NCBI GenBank assembly: GCA_944372545.1
Contig: CALVZO010000031.1
Span: 1 to 40,535 of the forward strand
Reading direction: 5' to 3'
DNA: 40,535 nt
DNA from: an uncultured Bacilli bacterium
GTDB taxonomy: Bacteria > Bacillota_I > Bacilli_A > RF39 > UBA660
Positions 28,391 through 38,138 of this stretch are shown in pieces. The first letter of the stretch is position 1. Each line of letters opens with the position of its first letter. The notes beneath the pieces were generated by a model that was not told the DNA's origin, searched no databases, and saw only the letters and a program-made list of their open reading frames with translations. A program made the position numbers and the translations under genes.

Positions 28391-29008
28391 ATAAAAACTA
28401 TAGGTCTTATATTAAGAGAATTTACGGAAAATGAAAAAGAATTTTTAGGGACAAGAAGAGATTTATTTCAAAAATTATATCAATATGATGTTAATTTATT
28501 AGGCATTCCAATAACAAATGATTTTTATAAAACTAAATCTTTAGTGGATTTATGTGATGGAATTATCTTAAGTGGGGGAGATAATTATACAAAACAAGAT
28601 TTTCTTTTAGTAGATTATCTTTATAAAATAGATAAACCTACTTTAGGAATATGTTTAGGTATGCAAGTAATGGGAATTAATTTTTCTAATTATGTAGAAA
28701 TTAAAGTTAAAAACCATTATAGTTTAGATAAATATGTTCACTATATAACTATTAATGATAATTCAATTCTTAATAAAATCCTAAATAAAAAAAGAATACC
28801 TGTAAATAGTAGACATAATTGTGCCTTAATAAATACAAGGCTAGATATCATAGCAAGAAGTGATGATAAAATAATCGAAGCCATTGAAGATAAAAATAAA
28901 ACATTTTTCTTAGGACTTGCTTGGCACCCAGAGTCATTAAATGATGAATATTCAGAAAAAATATTTGATTATTTCATAAATATAGTAAATAAAAAAACCC
29001 ATTTCTAG
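28391..29008 (+). CDS. Peptidase C26 / gamma-glutamyl-hydrolase-type glutamine amidotransferase
   Basis: LSGG, LGICLGMQ, VNSRH, WHPE; the frame stays open 51 codons upstream of the track start, to ATA-AAA-ACT-ATA-GGT after a GGTGAT SD. Confidence 0.8.
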   Translation: MKTIGLILREFTENEKEFLGTRRDLFQKLYQYDVNLLGIPITNDFYKTKSLVDLCDGIILSGGDNYTKQDFLLVDYLYKIDKPTLGICLGMQVMGINFSNYVEIKVKNHYSLDKYVHYITINDNSILNKILNKKRIPVNSRHNCALINTRLDIIARSDDKIIEAIEDKNKTFFLGLAWHPESLNDEYSEKIFDYFINIVNKKTHF

Positions 29009-29009
29009 G

Positions 29010-29174
29010 TTATTTTAATTTTTTTGCTTCTCTTGCACTAATGATAACAGTTTTACCATCAATTTTTTTCTTTTGTAAGTTTGGCTTTTGAGTCATTTTT
29101 GTTACATTTAAAGCATGACTTCTTAAATTACCACTTAAAGGTTTTTTAGTTGTTATTTTCTTTTTACTTGCCAT
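29010..29174 (-). CDS. rpmB: 50S ribosomal protein L28 (cysteine-free)
   Basis: Not in the ORF track. MASKKKITTKKPLSGNLRSHALNVTKMTQKPNLQKKKIDGKTVIISAREAKKLK; AAGGAGG SD; promoter TTGACA-17-TAAAGT. Confidence 0.92.
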   Translation of the reverse strand: MASKKKITTKKPLSGNLRSHALNVTKMTQKPNLQKKKIDGKTVIISAREAKKLK

Positions 29175-29202
29175 GACTTTTGCCTCCTTTTTTCACTTAA
29201 AA

Positions 29203-29319
29203 ACTTTACCATATTAGTTATAGTTTGTCAATTCCAATTTTGATAAATTTAAAAAAATGGTGGAAATACACCTTTTTTTTAAAAAGTTCAATTGACAAAC
29301 AAAATAATTATAATATAAT
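29203..29319. promoter_or_regulatory. Back-to-back sigmaA promoters (rpmB and AAA ATPase)
   Basis: Minus strand TTGACA(29231-26)-17-TAAAGT; plus strand TTGACA(29292-97)-16-TATAAT. Confidence 0.7.
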
Positions 29320-29345
29320 TAAATTAGATAAGGAGTGTATTTCTA

Positions 29346-30599
29346 ATGGAGATAAAAAGAGATTTTTATTTAAACCAGTTAATAAAAAGGAAAGAAAATG
29401 GTCGTATAAAAATTATAACTGGAATAAGAAGATGCGGTAAGTCTTATTTATTAAATCCAATATTTAAAAACTATTTAATTAATGAAGGAATAGATGAAGA
29501 ACATATTATAAATTTAGATTTGGATTATTTTGAAAATAAAAAGTATCACGATCCAAGTGCTTTATTTGAGTATGTAATGAATAAGAGAAAAGATAATAAA
29601 ATGTATTATGTTTTATTAGATGAAATTCAAGAAGTAGAAGATTTTGAAAGTGTGTTAAATAGTTTTTTAGGCAAAGATAATCTTGATGTCTATGTAACTG
29701 GCTCAAATTCAAGATTCTTATCTAATGATATTAAAACTGAATTTAGAGGTAGAGGAGATGAAATAAGAGTATATCCTTTATCATTTAAAGAATTTAGTGA
29801 TGCACTAAATAACAAAGATGAAAGTACTTGGAATGAGTATGTTACTTATGGTGGCATGCCTTATATTTTATCATTAAATTCAAATGAAGAAAAAAGTAAA
29901 TATTTAAAAGATTTTTTTTCTAATACATATTTAAAAGATATTTTAGAAAGAAATAATATTTATAAAAATGAAATATTAGATAAAACTGTCGATATTTTAT
30001 CATCATCAGTGGGTTCTTTAACTAATCCTAAAAAAATTGCCGATACTTTTGTTAGTAATGGCATAAAAGATATAGCACCCAAAACCATTTCAACTTATAT
30101 AAATTATTTATTAGATTCATTTTTGATTGAAAAATCAGAAAGATATGATATAAAGGGGAAAAAATATATTTCTACGCCATCAAAATATTATTTTGTTGAT
30201 GTTGGACTTCGAAATGCAAGACTAAATTTCCGCCAAATTGAACAAAAATATTTAATGGAAAATATTATTTATAATGAATTATTAAGAAGAGGTTTTAACG
30301 TTGATGTTGGTATTGTAGAGCAATATTCCAAAGATAATAATGATGTTACTATAAAAAAACAATTAGAAATAGATTTTGTATGTAATCAAGGAAGTAAAAG
30401 ATATTATATACAATCTGCTCTTAATATAGATGAAGATAGTAAGAAGAGTCAAGAATTAAGACCACTTCTAAATGTCAAAGATTTTTTCAAAAAAATAATT
30501 GTTGTTAAAGATGATATAGTACCTTGGCATACTGAAGATGGAGTTTTAATTATTGGAATTAAAGAATTTTTATTAAATGAAAATAGTTTAGATTTATAA
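29346..30599 (+). CDS. AAA_14 / DUF4143-type ATP-binding protein
   Basis: GIRRCGKS, LLDEIQ, VTGSNS, YGGMP, KYYFVDVGLRN, EIDFV..YYIQ nuclease-like tail. Confidence 0.88.
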   Translation: MEIKRDFYLNQLIKRKENGRIKIITGIRRCGKSYLLNPIFKNYLINEGIDEEHIINLDLDYFENKKYHDPSALFEYVMNKRKDNKMYYVLLDEIQEVEDFESVLNSFLGKDNLDVYVTGSNSRFLSNDIKTEFRGRGDEIRVYPLSFKEFSDALNNKDESTWNEYVTYGGMPYILSLNSNEEKSKYLKDFFSNTYLKDILERNNIYKNEILDKTVDILSSSVGSLTNPKKIADTFVSNGIKDIAPKTISTYINYLLDSFLIEKSERYDIKGKKYISTPSKYYFVDVGLRNARLNFRQIEQKYLMENIIYNELLRRGFNVDVGIVEQYSKDNNDVTIKKQLEIDFVCNQGSKRYYIQSALNIDEDSKKSQELRPLLNVKDFFKKIIVVKDDIVPWHTEDGVLIIGIKEFLLNENSLDL

Positions 30600-30616
30600 A
30601 AAAAGAGAGGCTAATT

Positions 30617-33478
30617 ATGTATATTCCTATAAAAGTTACAACGGATTATTCATTATTAAAAAGTTTAATTAAAGTTAAAGATTTAATTAATTTTTGTCAT
30701 GCCAATAATATATCTAGTTGTGCAATATGTGATAATAATCTATTTGGAAGTATAGAATTTTACATATTAGCAAAAAAAAACAATATTAAGCCAATTATCG
30801 GAATAGAGGTAACTATCAATAATTATATAATATATTTATATGCAAGAAATTATGATGGTTATAAAAATTTACTTAAAATAAATACAATAGTCAGTGAAAG
30901 AAATTTAAGTATTTTAGAATTAAAAAAATATAGTTATAATTTAATATGTGTTATTCCTTATAAAAGTATAAATATATATAATGAAATGAATTTTTTTGAA
31001 TATTTATATTTAAGTTATGAAAATAAAGATGAATTACAAAATATATTAATTAAAACTAATAACGTTATTTATTTAAATGTTATAAGAGTATTTAATAAAA
31101 ATGATTTAAAATATTTAACTTATTTAGATAAAATAAATGGTATAGAAAATAGTAATTACTTAAATAATTATTTTAATTATGATAATTTAGATGATTTTGA
31201 TTTAAATGCATTAGATAAATTTAATAATTTAATTAATATAGAAATACCTTTTAATACAAGATATATTCCTAAATATAGAGAAGATGTTGACTCTTATCTT
31301 TTTATTACTAATTTAGCCAAAAAAGGTTTATATAAAAGATTAAATGGAAAGTTAAATAAAACATATATAGATAGATTAAATTATGAATTAGAAGTTATAA
31401 AGAATATGAATTTTATTGATTATTTTCTTATTGTTTATGACTATGTTTTATATGCCAAAAAAAATAATATTTTAGTAGGACCGGGAAGAGGTAGTGCGGC
31501 TGGTTCTTTAGTAAGTTATTGTTTAGGTATTACAGATATTGACCCTATTAAATATAATTTATTATTTGAAAGATTTTTAAATCCAGAAAGAGTATCAATG
31601 CCCGATATTGATATTGATTTTGATAATACCAAAAGAGAACAAGTAATAAATTATGTTAAAGAAAAGTATGGTATATATAATGTATCTGGAGGTATGACTT
31701 ATACAACTTTAAAAACAAGATTAGTTTTAAGAGAAGTAGGTAAATTATTAGAAATTGATGATAATTTACTAAATAAATTCTTAAAAGTTATTAATAGAAA
31801 TTTATCTCTAAAAGATAATTTAAAAGTAAAGGTAGTTAATGATTATTTAAAAAGTTATAATAATTTAAAAAAGGTATATGAAGTTAGTTTAAAATTAGAA
31901 GGACTTAAGAAGAATATTAGTACTCATGCTGCTGGTATTGTTATTGGTGATAGAGTACTTGATGAAATAATTCCTATTTATAAAAATAATGATGATTATT
32001 TATGTGGAATTGGATTAGAATATTTAGAGAATATTGGTTTATTAAAAATGGATTTTTTAGCCTTAAAAAACTTAAGTACTATAAGTAATATAATTAAGAA
32101 TATTAAAGGATTTAATTTAAATGATATACCTCTTAATGATAGTATGGTTTATAAATTATTTCAAAATGGAGATACTTCCGGAATATTTCAATTTGAAACA
32201 AATACTTTTAAAAGTATGTTAATAAAATATAAACCAACTAATTTTGAGGAACTAGTAGCGTCAATTGCTTTAGTAAGACCTGGACCAAGCGTAGAATTAT
32301 CGACTTATATTAAAAGAAAAAATGGGCAAGAGAAAATTACTTATTATGATTCCAAGATAAAAGATATATTAGAAGAAACTTATGGTGTAATAGTATATCA
32401 AGAACAAGTTATAAGTATTTTAGTTAAAGTTGCAAATTTTACTTATGCAGAAGCAGATAATATCAGAAGAGCAATGAGTAAGAAAAATATTAATATAATA
32501 AAGGAAGCAAAACTTAAGTTTTTAGAAAATGCGACTAAAAATGGATATGATATAAATACTAGTCAAAATATATTTAATCATATATTAAAATTTGCTGAAT
32601 ATGGATTTAATAAAGCCCATTCTGTATCTTATGCAACAGTTTCTTACCAAATGGCTTATTTAAAAGTACATTATCATCATTTATTTATTTTTGAATTATT
32701 AAATAATTCACTAGGTAATATAATAGATATTAAAAAATATTTAAATGAATTAAAAAAAGATAATTTAGTTATAAATGAAGTAGATATAAATAAGTCTAGT
32801 AAAGAATTTATATTAGATAAAAATAATGTATATTTACCATTTAATTTAATAAGGGGTACTAAAGATGAAGTAATAAATAAGTTACTTACAGAAAGAAATA
32901 ATAATAAATTTAGTGATATTTATGATTTTTTTGCAAGAACTAGTAGTTTTTTAACTAAATTTGATTATACAACTTTAATTAATGCAAATACTTTAAGAGT
33001 ATTTAATTATAATCAAAAAACTCTTATTAATAATTTAGATAGTTTAATTAATTATGGTAAATTATATCAAGATATGGGAAGTGTTACTTTAAAGCCTAAA
33101 TTAGATATATATGAAGATGAGTTAGATAACAAAAGATTAAATGAATTAAATAGTTATGGATTTTATATTAGTAATCACCCTGCTAGTAAATATTTAGATA
33201 ATTGTGTAAAATTAGATAGTATTAATAATTATCTCTTTAAAAATATTGTTTGTTATGTTTTAATAGAGAGTATTAAGAAAATTAAAACGAAGAAAAATGA
33301 AGATATGGCATTTATAAGTGGAAGTGATGAAACGGGAGTAAGTGATTTTACTGTATTTCCCAATAAATTTTATTTAATAAATGATGTAGAAGTTAATAAT
33401 GTAGTTAAAGTATGGTGTACAGTAACTAAAAGATATGATAAATTAAGTTTAGTAATTAATAACATTATAAAGGAGTAA
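30617..33478 (+). CDS. dnaE: DNA polymerase III alpha subunit, compact DnaE
   Basis: GPGRGSAAGSLV, FERFLNPER, MPDIDIDF, STHAAG, KMDFL, YGFNKAH, C-terminal OB fold. Confidence 0.95.
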   Translation: MYIPIKVTTDYSLLKSLIKVKDLINFCHANNISSCAICDNNLFGSIEFYILAKKNNIKPIIGIEVTINNYIIYLYARNYDGYKNLLKINTIVSERNLSILELKKYSYNLICVIPYKSINIYNEMNFFEYLYLSYENKDELQNILIKTNNVIYLNVIRVFNKNDLKYLTYLDKINGIENSNYLNNYFNYDNLDDFDLNALDKFNNLINIEIPFNTRYIPKYREDVDSYLFITNLAKKGLYKRLNGKLNKTYIDRLNYELEVIKNMNFIDYFLIVYDYVLYAKKNNILVGPGRGSAAGSLVSYCLGITDIDPIKYNLLFERFLNPERVSMPDIDIDFDNTKREQVINYVKEKYGIYNVSGGMTYTTLKTRLVLREVGKLLEIDDNLLNKFLKVINRNLSLKDNLKVKVVNDYLKSYNNLKKVYEVSLKLEGLKKNISTHAAGIVIGDRVLDEIIPIYKNNDDYLCGIGLEYLENIGLLKMDFLALKNLSTISNIIKNIKGFNLNDIPLNDSMVYKLFQNGDTSGIFQFETNTFKSMLIKYKPTNFEELVASIALVRPGPSVELSTYIKRKNGQEKITYYDSKIKDILEETYGVIVYQEQVISILVKVANFTYAEADNIRRAMSKKNINIIKEAKLKFLENATKNGYDINTSQNIFNHILKFAEYGFNKAHSVSYATVSYQMAYLKVHYHHLFIFELLNNSLGNIIDIKKYLNELKKDNLVINEVDINKSSKEFILDKNNVYLPFNLIRGTKDEVINKLLTERNNNKFSDIYDFFARTSSFLTKFDYTTLINANTLRVFNYNQKTLINNLDSLINYGKLYQDMGSVTLKPKLDIYEDELDNKRLNELNSYGFYISNHPASKYLDNCVKLDSINNYLFKNIVCYVLIESIKKIKTKKNEDMAFISGSDETGVSDFTVFPNKFYLINDVEVNNVVKVWCTVTKRYDKLSLVINNIIKE

Positions 33479-33480
33479 CA

Positions 33481-36400
33481 ATGGAAGATTTAAGAAGATT
33501 TTTTAAAAGTATTAATTTTGAATATAAAAATGTATTTGATAATACAGTTATTGAAAAAGTAGTATATAAAAAAAGTGATAAATTATATAATGTTTATTTA
33601 AAAAGTAAAGAAGTTATTGATTATGATATAATTAATGAATTATTTCAATGTGGAAAAAAGATGATTAATGGGGAATTTCCTTGTTATATTACAATTAATT
33701 ATGAAAATATAATAGATAAAGATATTGAAGAATATATTAAAAGAATTATTAGTAATGTTGTATTTGAACACCCTTCTTTAATGGGGCTTGAAAATAGTTT
33801 TAAAGAATTAAAAGATAATACTATTTATTTAGAAGTAGGGAGTATCGGTGAAAAGAAAGCCTTAAGTAATTATAGTGAATATATAATATCTAATTTAAGT
33901 AATTTTGGTATTGGTACTTATGAAGTAGAGATTTTAATAAATGATAGTTTAAAAGAAGAAATTAAAAAAGAAATTGAAGATACGAAAAAAGTTAAATTAG
34001 AGAAAAAAGAAGAAAGTCCAGTTATTTTTGGGTTTCATAAAGATGGGGAAGTTACTAAAATAAAAAATATAGTGGGGGAAGTTAAAAATCTCATTATTGA
34101 AGGTTATGTTTTTGGTATTGATAATAGTGTGAGAAAAGGACAAAAAGGGACCGCTTATATTATTAATTTAAAAGTAAGTGATAAGACTGATAGTTTTTTA
34201 GTAAAGTTTGTTAGATTTAATGAAGAAGAATATAATCAAATATTAAAGAATTTAAAAGTAGGTAATTGGTATCGTATAGTAGGTAATGTTGAGATGGATA
34301 ATTACTTAAGACAAATGATTTTAACTGGTCGGAGTATTGAAAAAATCCCAAGTAAAGATATAGTTATTAAAGATGAAGAAGAAGAAAAAAGAATTGAATT
34401 ACATACACATACTATGATGAGTGCGATGGACGGAGTAATTGATGCTAAAAAATTAGTTAAATATGCTCATAGTTTAGGACATAAAGCCGTTGCAGTTACT
34501 GATCATGACTGTTTGCAAGCCTATCCTGATTTATATCATACTGTTTGTGATATTAATAAAGGAATAGAAAATGAAGAAGATAAGTTTAAAGTAATTTATG
34601 GAGCAGAACTTAGTATTGTTAATAATGAAAATGATTTAATTCATAATTTAAAAGATTATAATTTATTAGAGACTGAGTTTGTTGTTTTCGATACAGAAAC
34701 TACTGGATTTACACCATATACTGACCAAATGATTGAAATTGGGGCCGTAAAAATAAAAAATGGTGAGATTACAGGGAGATTTGATGAACTTATTAATCCC
34801 GGAAGAAAATTACCTAGAAAAATAGTAGAACTTACAAATATAACTGATGAAATGTTAAGTGATAAAGATACCGAAGAAAATGTTGTTAAAAGATTTATGG
34901 AATTTATTAAAGATGCTCCTTTAGTTGCCCATAATGCTAAATTTGATATTGGTTTTATAAGTGCTTCTTATAATAAATATAATTTAGGAGAATTTACAAA
35001 TACAGTAATTGACACAATGAGTATGGCAAGATTACTATATCCTAATTGGAAAAATCATAAACTATCAACATTAGTAAAACAATTAGAAGTTCCTTGGGAC
35101 GAAGATTCTCACCATCGTGGAGATTATGATAGTGAAGGAACTGCAATTGCATTTTATAAAATGTGTAAAACTTTAGATAATCGTAATATTGAAACTACTA
35201 CTAAATTATATAATTCAATAGATTTAGAAGAGTTATTAAAGTTTTCTCGACCTTTTCATATGTCTGTGTTAGTTCAAAATAAAGTGGGCTTAAAAAATTT
35301 ATTTAAGATAATTAGTTACGCTAATACAAAATATTTGTTTAAAGGAGATCAACCGAAACTTCCAAGAGATGAATTAAATAATCACAGAGAAGGTTTACTT
35401 TTTGGAAGTGGTTGTGTTAATGGCGAAATATTTACTTCGGCATTTACTAAAGAAGATGAAGAACTTGCTAAAATGATGCAATATTATGATTATGTTGAAG
35501 TACAGCCTCCAGAAGCCTATATGCATTTAACGCAAATGGATTCTAGTCCAATAGATAGTATGGCTGATATTTTAACTCATATTAAAAAAATTGTAAGAGT
35601 AGCAGAAGAAGCGGGTGTTTTAGTTTGTGCAACCGGAGATGTCCATCATTTAAGAAAAGAAGATAAAATATATAGAGAGATTATTGTTACTCAAAGATTT
35701 AATGGTAAACTTCACCCTTTAAATAGAAGAGATGTAAGTGTTCCTGATATGCATTTTTATACAACAAGAGAAATGCTTGATGCCTTTAATTTTTTAGGAG
35801 AAGAAAAGGCTAAAGAAATTGTTATAACTAATCCAAGTATTATTGCTAGTAAAACCGAAATTGTCGAAGTTATTATCGAAACTGGGGGAGTACCATTTTC
35901 TCCAAAAATTGAAAATTCCGCTCAAATTGTGGAAGACATGGTTTATAGTAAAGCCAAAGAGTGGTATGGCGACCCACTTCCTGATAATATAAGAGAAAGA
36001 ATTGAACAAGAATTAAAAGGTATTATTGGTGGGGGATTTGATGTTATTTATTTAATTGCCCAAAAGTTAGTAAAAAAGAGTAATGATGATGGCTTTTTAG
36101 TCGGATCGCGTGGTTCAGTAGGATCTTCTTTTGTTGCTACTATGATGGGGATAACTGAAGTTAATCCTCTTCCTTCTCATTATCGTTGTCCAAATTGTAA
36201 ACATAGTATTTTTAAAAATGATAAGGGGGAAGATTTAGCAATTGAATATGGTATTGGTTTTGATCTTCCCGATAAATTATGTCCAAAATGTAATACTAAA
36301 ATGATTAAAGATGGGGAAGATATGCCATTTGCTACCTTCCTTGGATTTAATGCTGATAAAGTACCCGATATCGATTTAAATTTTTCTGATTTAAATCAAG

Positions 36401-37806
36401 CCGCAGCGCATGAGTATACAAAAGTATTATTCGGAGAAGATAATGTTTATAGAGCGGGGACTATCGGAACAGTAGCAGAAAAAACTGCTTATGGTTTTGT
36501 TAAAGGTTATTGTGAAGATAAAAATATAATCATGAGAAATTTAGAAGTTGAAAGACTTGCATCAGGTTGTGTTGGTGTAAAAAGAACAACCGGTCAACAC
36601 CCAGGTGGTATCGTAGTTATTCCGGGTTATATGGACGTCTTTGATTTTACGCCTTATCAATATCCAGCCGAAGATGTAAATGCTGCTTGGCGAACTACAC
36701 ATTTTGATTATCATGCCATTGATCAAGATGTTTTAAAACTAGATATTTTAGGTCATACAGACCCAACTCAATTAAGAATGTTACAAGATTTAACCGGAAT
36801 TGATGTAAAAACTGTTCCTTTTGATGATAAAGAAACAATGGGCTTATTTTTATCTCCAGAGCCTCTTGGAGTTACGAAAGAAGAGATTATGAACGATACT
36901 GGTACTCTAGGAGTTCCTGAATTTGGTACCGGATTTACAATTGGAATGCTTAGAGATACTAAGCCAACAACTTTTGGCGAACTTATTAAAATTTCTGGGT
37001 TATCTCATGGTACGGACGTATGGCTTGGTAATGCCCAAGAATTAATAAGAAAAGGAATAGTACCTTTTAAAGAGGTTATTGGGTGTCGTGATGACATTAT
37101 GGTTTTCTTAATTCAAGCCGGTATGGAGCCATTAAAAGCCTTCAAAATAATGGAATTTGTTAGAAAAGGTAAAGCAAGTAAAGAGCCAGATACTTGGGCA
37201 AAACATAAGGAGACAATGGAAAATGCTGGTATTCCGGACTGGTATATTGATTCTTGTCAAAAAATAAAATATATGTTTCCAAAAGCCCATGCGGCGGCTT
37301 ATGTAATGAGTGCTTTTCGGATTGCTTGGTTTAAAGTACACCGTCCTGCTGAATATTATGCATCTTATTTTTCTACTCGTTTTGATGATTTTGAAATTGA
37401 AACAATGATTAAAGGCTATGATGCAATAAGATCAAGAATTAACGAAATACTAAGTAAAGGCTATGATGCTACTAGTAAAGAAACATCTCTTTTAGAAACA
37501 TTAAAACTAGCCTTAGAAGCAACTGCTAGAGGCTTTGTATTTGGAAATATTGATATAAAGAAAAGTGATGCTAAAAACTATGTAATAGGAGAAGATGGTA
37601 AAACATTAATCTCACCATTTAGAACATTAGATGGACTAGGAGATGCAGTTGCCAGTCAAATAGTAGAAGAAAGAAATAAAAAAGAATTTTACTGTATTGA
37701 AGACTTTCAAAATAGAGGTAAAGTAAATGTTTCTACCATGGATAAACTTAGAAGTTTAGGAGTTTTTGATGGTATGCCTGAATCAGCACAATTAAGTTTA
37801 TTTTAA
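33481..37806 (+). CDS. polC: PolC-type DNA polymerase III
   Basis: ELHTHTMMSAMDG PHP domain, DTETTG exonuclease, GSRGSVGSS, PDIDLNFS, KLDILGH, C-terminal QLSLF clamp motif. Confidence 0.97.
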   Translation: MEDLRRFFKSINFEYKNVFDNTVIEKVVYKKSDKLYNVYLKSKEVIDYDIINELFQCGKKMINGEFPCYITINYENIIDKDIEEYIKRIISNVVFEHPSLMGLENSFKELKDNTIYLEVGSIGEKKALSNYSEYIISNLSNFGIGTYEVEILINDSLKEEIKKEIEDTKKVKLEKKEESPVIFGFHKDGEVTKIKNIVGEVKNLIIEGYVFGIDNSVRKGQKGTAYIINLKVSDKTDSFLVKFVRFNEEEYNQILKNLKVGNWYRIVGNVEMDNYLRQMILTGRSIEKIPSKDIVIKDEEEEKRIELHTHTMMSAMDGVIDAKKLVKYAHSLGHKAVAVTDHDCLQAYPDLYHTVCDINKGIENEEDKFKVIYGAELSIVNNENDLIHNLKDYNLLETEFVVFDTETTGFTPYTDQMIEIGAVKIKNGEITGRFDELINPGRKLPRKIVELTNITDEMLSDKDTEENVVKRFMEFIKDAPLVAHNAKFDIGFISASYNKYNLGEFTNTVIDTMSMARLLYPNWKNHKLSTLVKQLEVPWDEDSHHRGDYDSEGTAIAFYKMCKTLDNRNIETTTKLYNSIDLEELLKFSRPFHMSVLVQNKVGLKNLFKIISYANTKYLFKGDQPKLPRDELNNHREGLLFGSGCVNGEIFTSAFTKEDEELAKMMQYYDYVEVQPPEAYMHLTQMDSSPIDSMADILTHIKKIVRVAEEAGVLVCATGDVHHLRKEDKIYREIIVTQRFNGKLHPLNRRDVSVPDMHFYTTREMLDAFNFLGEEKAKEIVITNPSIIASKTEIVEVIIETGGVPFSPKIENSAQIVEDMVYSKAKEWYGDPLPDNIRERIEQELKGIIGGGFDVIYLIAQKLVKKSNDDGFLVGSRGSVGSSFVATMMGITEVNPLPSHYRCPNCKHSIFKNDKGEDLAIEYGIGFDLPDKLCPKCNTKMIKDGEDMPFATFLGFNADKVPDIDLNFSDLNQAAAHEYTKVLFGEDNVYRAGTIGTVAEKTAYGFVKGYCEDKNIIMRNLEVERLASGCVGVKRTTGQHPGGIVVIPGYMDVFDFTPYQYPAEDVNAAWRTTHFDYHAIDQDVLKLDILGHTDPTQLRMLQDLTGIDVKTVPFDDKETMGLFLSPEPLGVTKEEIMNDTGTLGVPEFGTGFTIGMLRDTKPTTFGELIKISGLSHGTDVWLGNAQELIRKGIVPFKEVIGCRDDIMVFLIQAGMEPLKAFKIMEFVRKGKASKEPDTWAKHKETMENAGIPDWYIDSCQKIKYMFPKAHAAAYVMSAFRIAWFKVHRPAEYYASYFSTRFDDFEIETMIKGYDAIRSRINEILSKGYDATSKETSLLETLKLALEATARGFVFGNIDIKKSDAKNYVIGEDGKTLISPFRTLDGLGDAVASQIVEERNKKEFYCIEDFQNRGKVNVSTMDKLRSLGVFDGMPESAQLSLF

Positions 37807-37908
37807 AAGGTGTTCACGATAATTATACTTAAATATTTTATACGATTTTTCAAAAAATAAAGAAAGTTATATCTTGCGTATTTTTATAAATTAGGTATAT
37901 AATATAAA

Positions 37909-38050
37909 TGAACAAGAAGAAACAAAAATTTATTTTCTGTTTGTTCAAAAGGACATAAAAAAGAGACATTTATTCTCGTTGCTAAATGCTCTTTAGTCCA
38001 ATTTGATTGGTTTGGAGCATCTATTCATTGTTGAGTAGATACTCTTTTTT
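37909..38050 (+). ncRNA. Candidate structured ncRNA (three hairpins)
   Basis: Promoter TTGCGT-18-TATAAT (37874-903); stems at 37909-47 and 37951-99; terminator at 38015-50. Confidence 0.5.
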
Positions 38051-38094
38051 ATTGTAAATAAGAATAATTTAGAACTAAAAAATGAAATATAAAA

Positions 38095-38124
38095 GATTAG
38101 TTTTCTTTATTTTGGAACATATTA
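38095..38124 (+). promoter_or_regulatory. sigmaG-like promoter of ku
   Basis: GATTA-18 nt-CATATTA followed by a GGTGAT SD; the -35 is imperfect. Confidence 0.45.
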
Positions 38125-38138
38125 TAAATGGTGATGTT

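Noticed and set aside
29225-29440. 71-aa ORF across the divergent promoters
   Set aside because: TTG start without SD; overlaps promoters and the ATPase gene.
512-37341. Short antisense ORFs inside long genes (e.g. 512-748, 1351-1593, 16869-17279, 19370-19828, 35794-36009)
   Set aside because: Shadow frames of well-supported genes, with no motifs or ribosome-binding sites.
38082-38138. N-terminal extension of Ku
   Set aside because: No SD there; Ku homology and the SD support ATG 38139.
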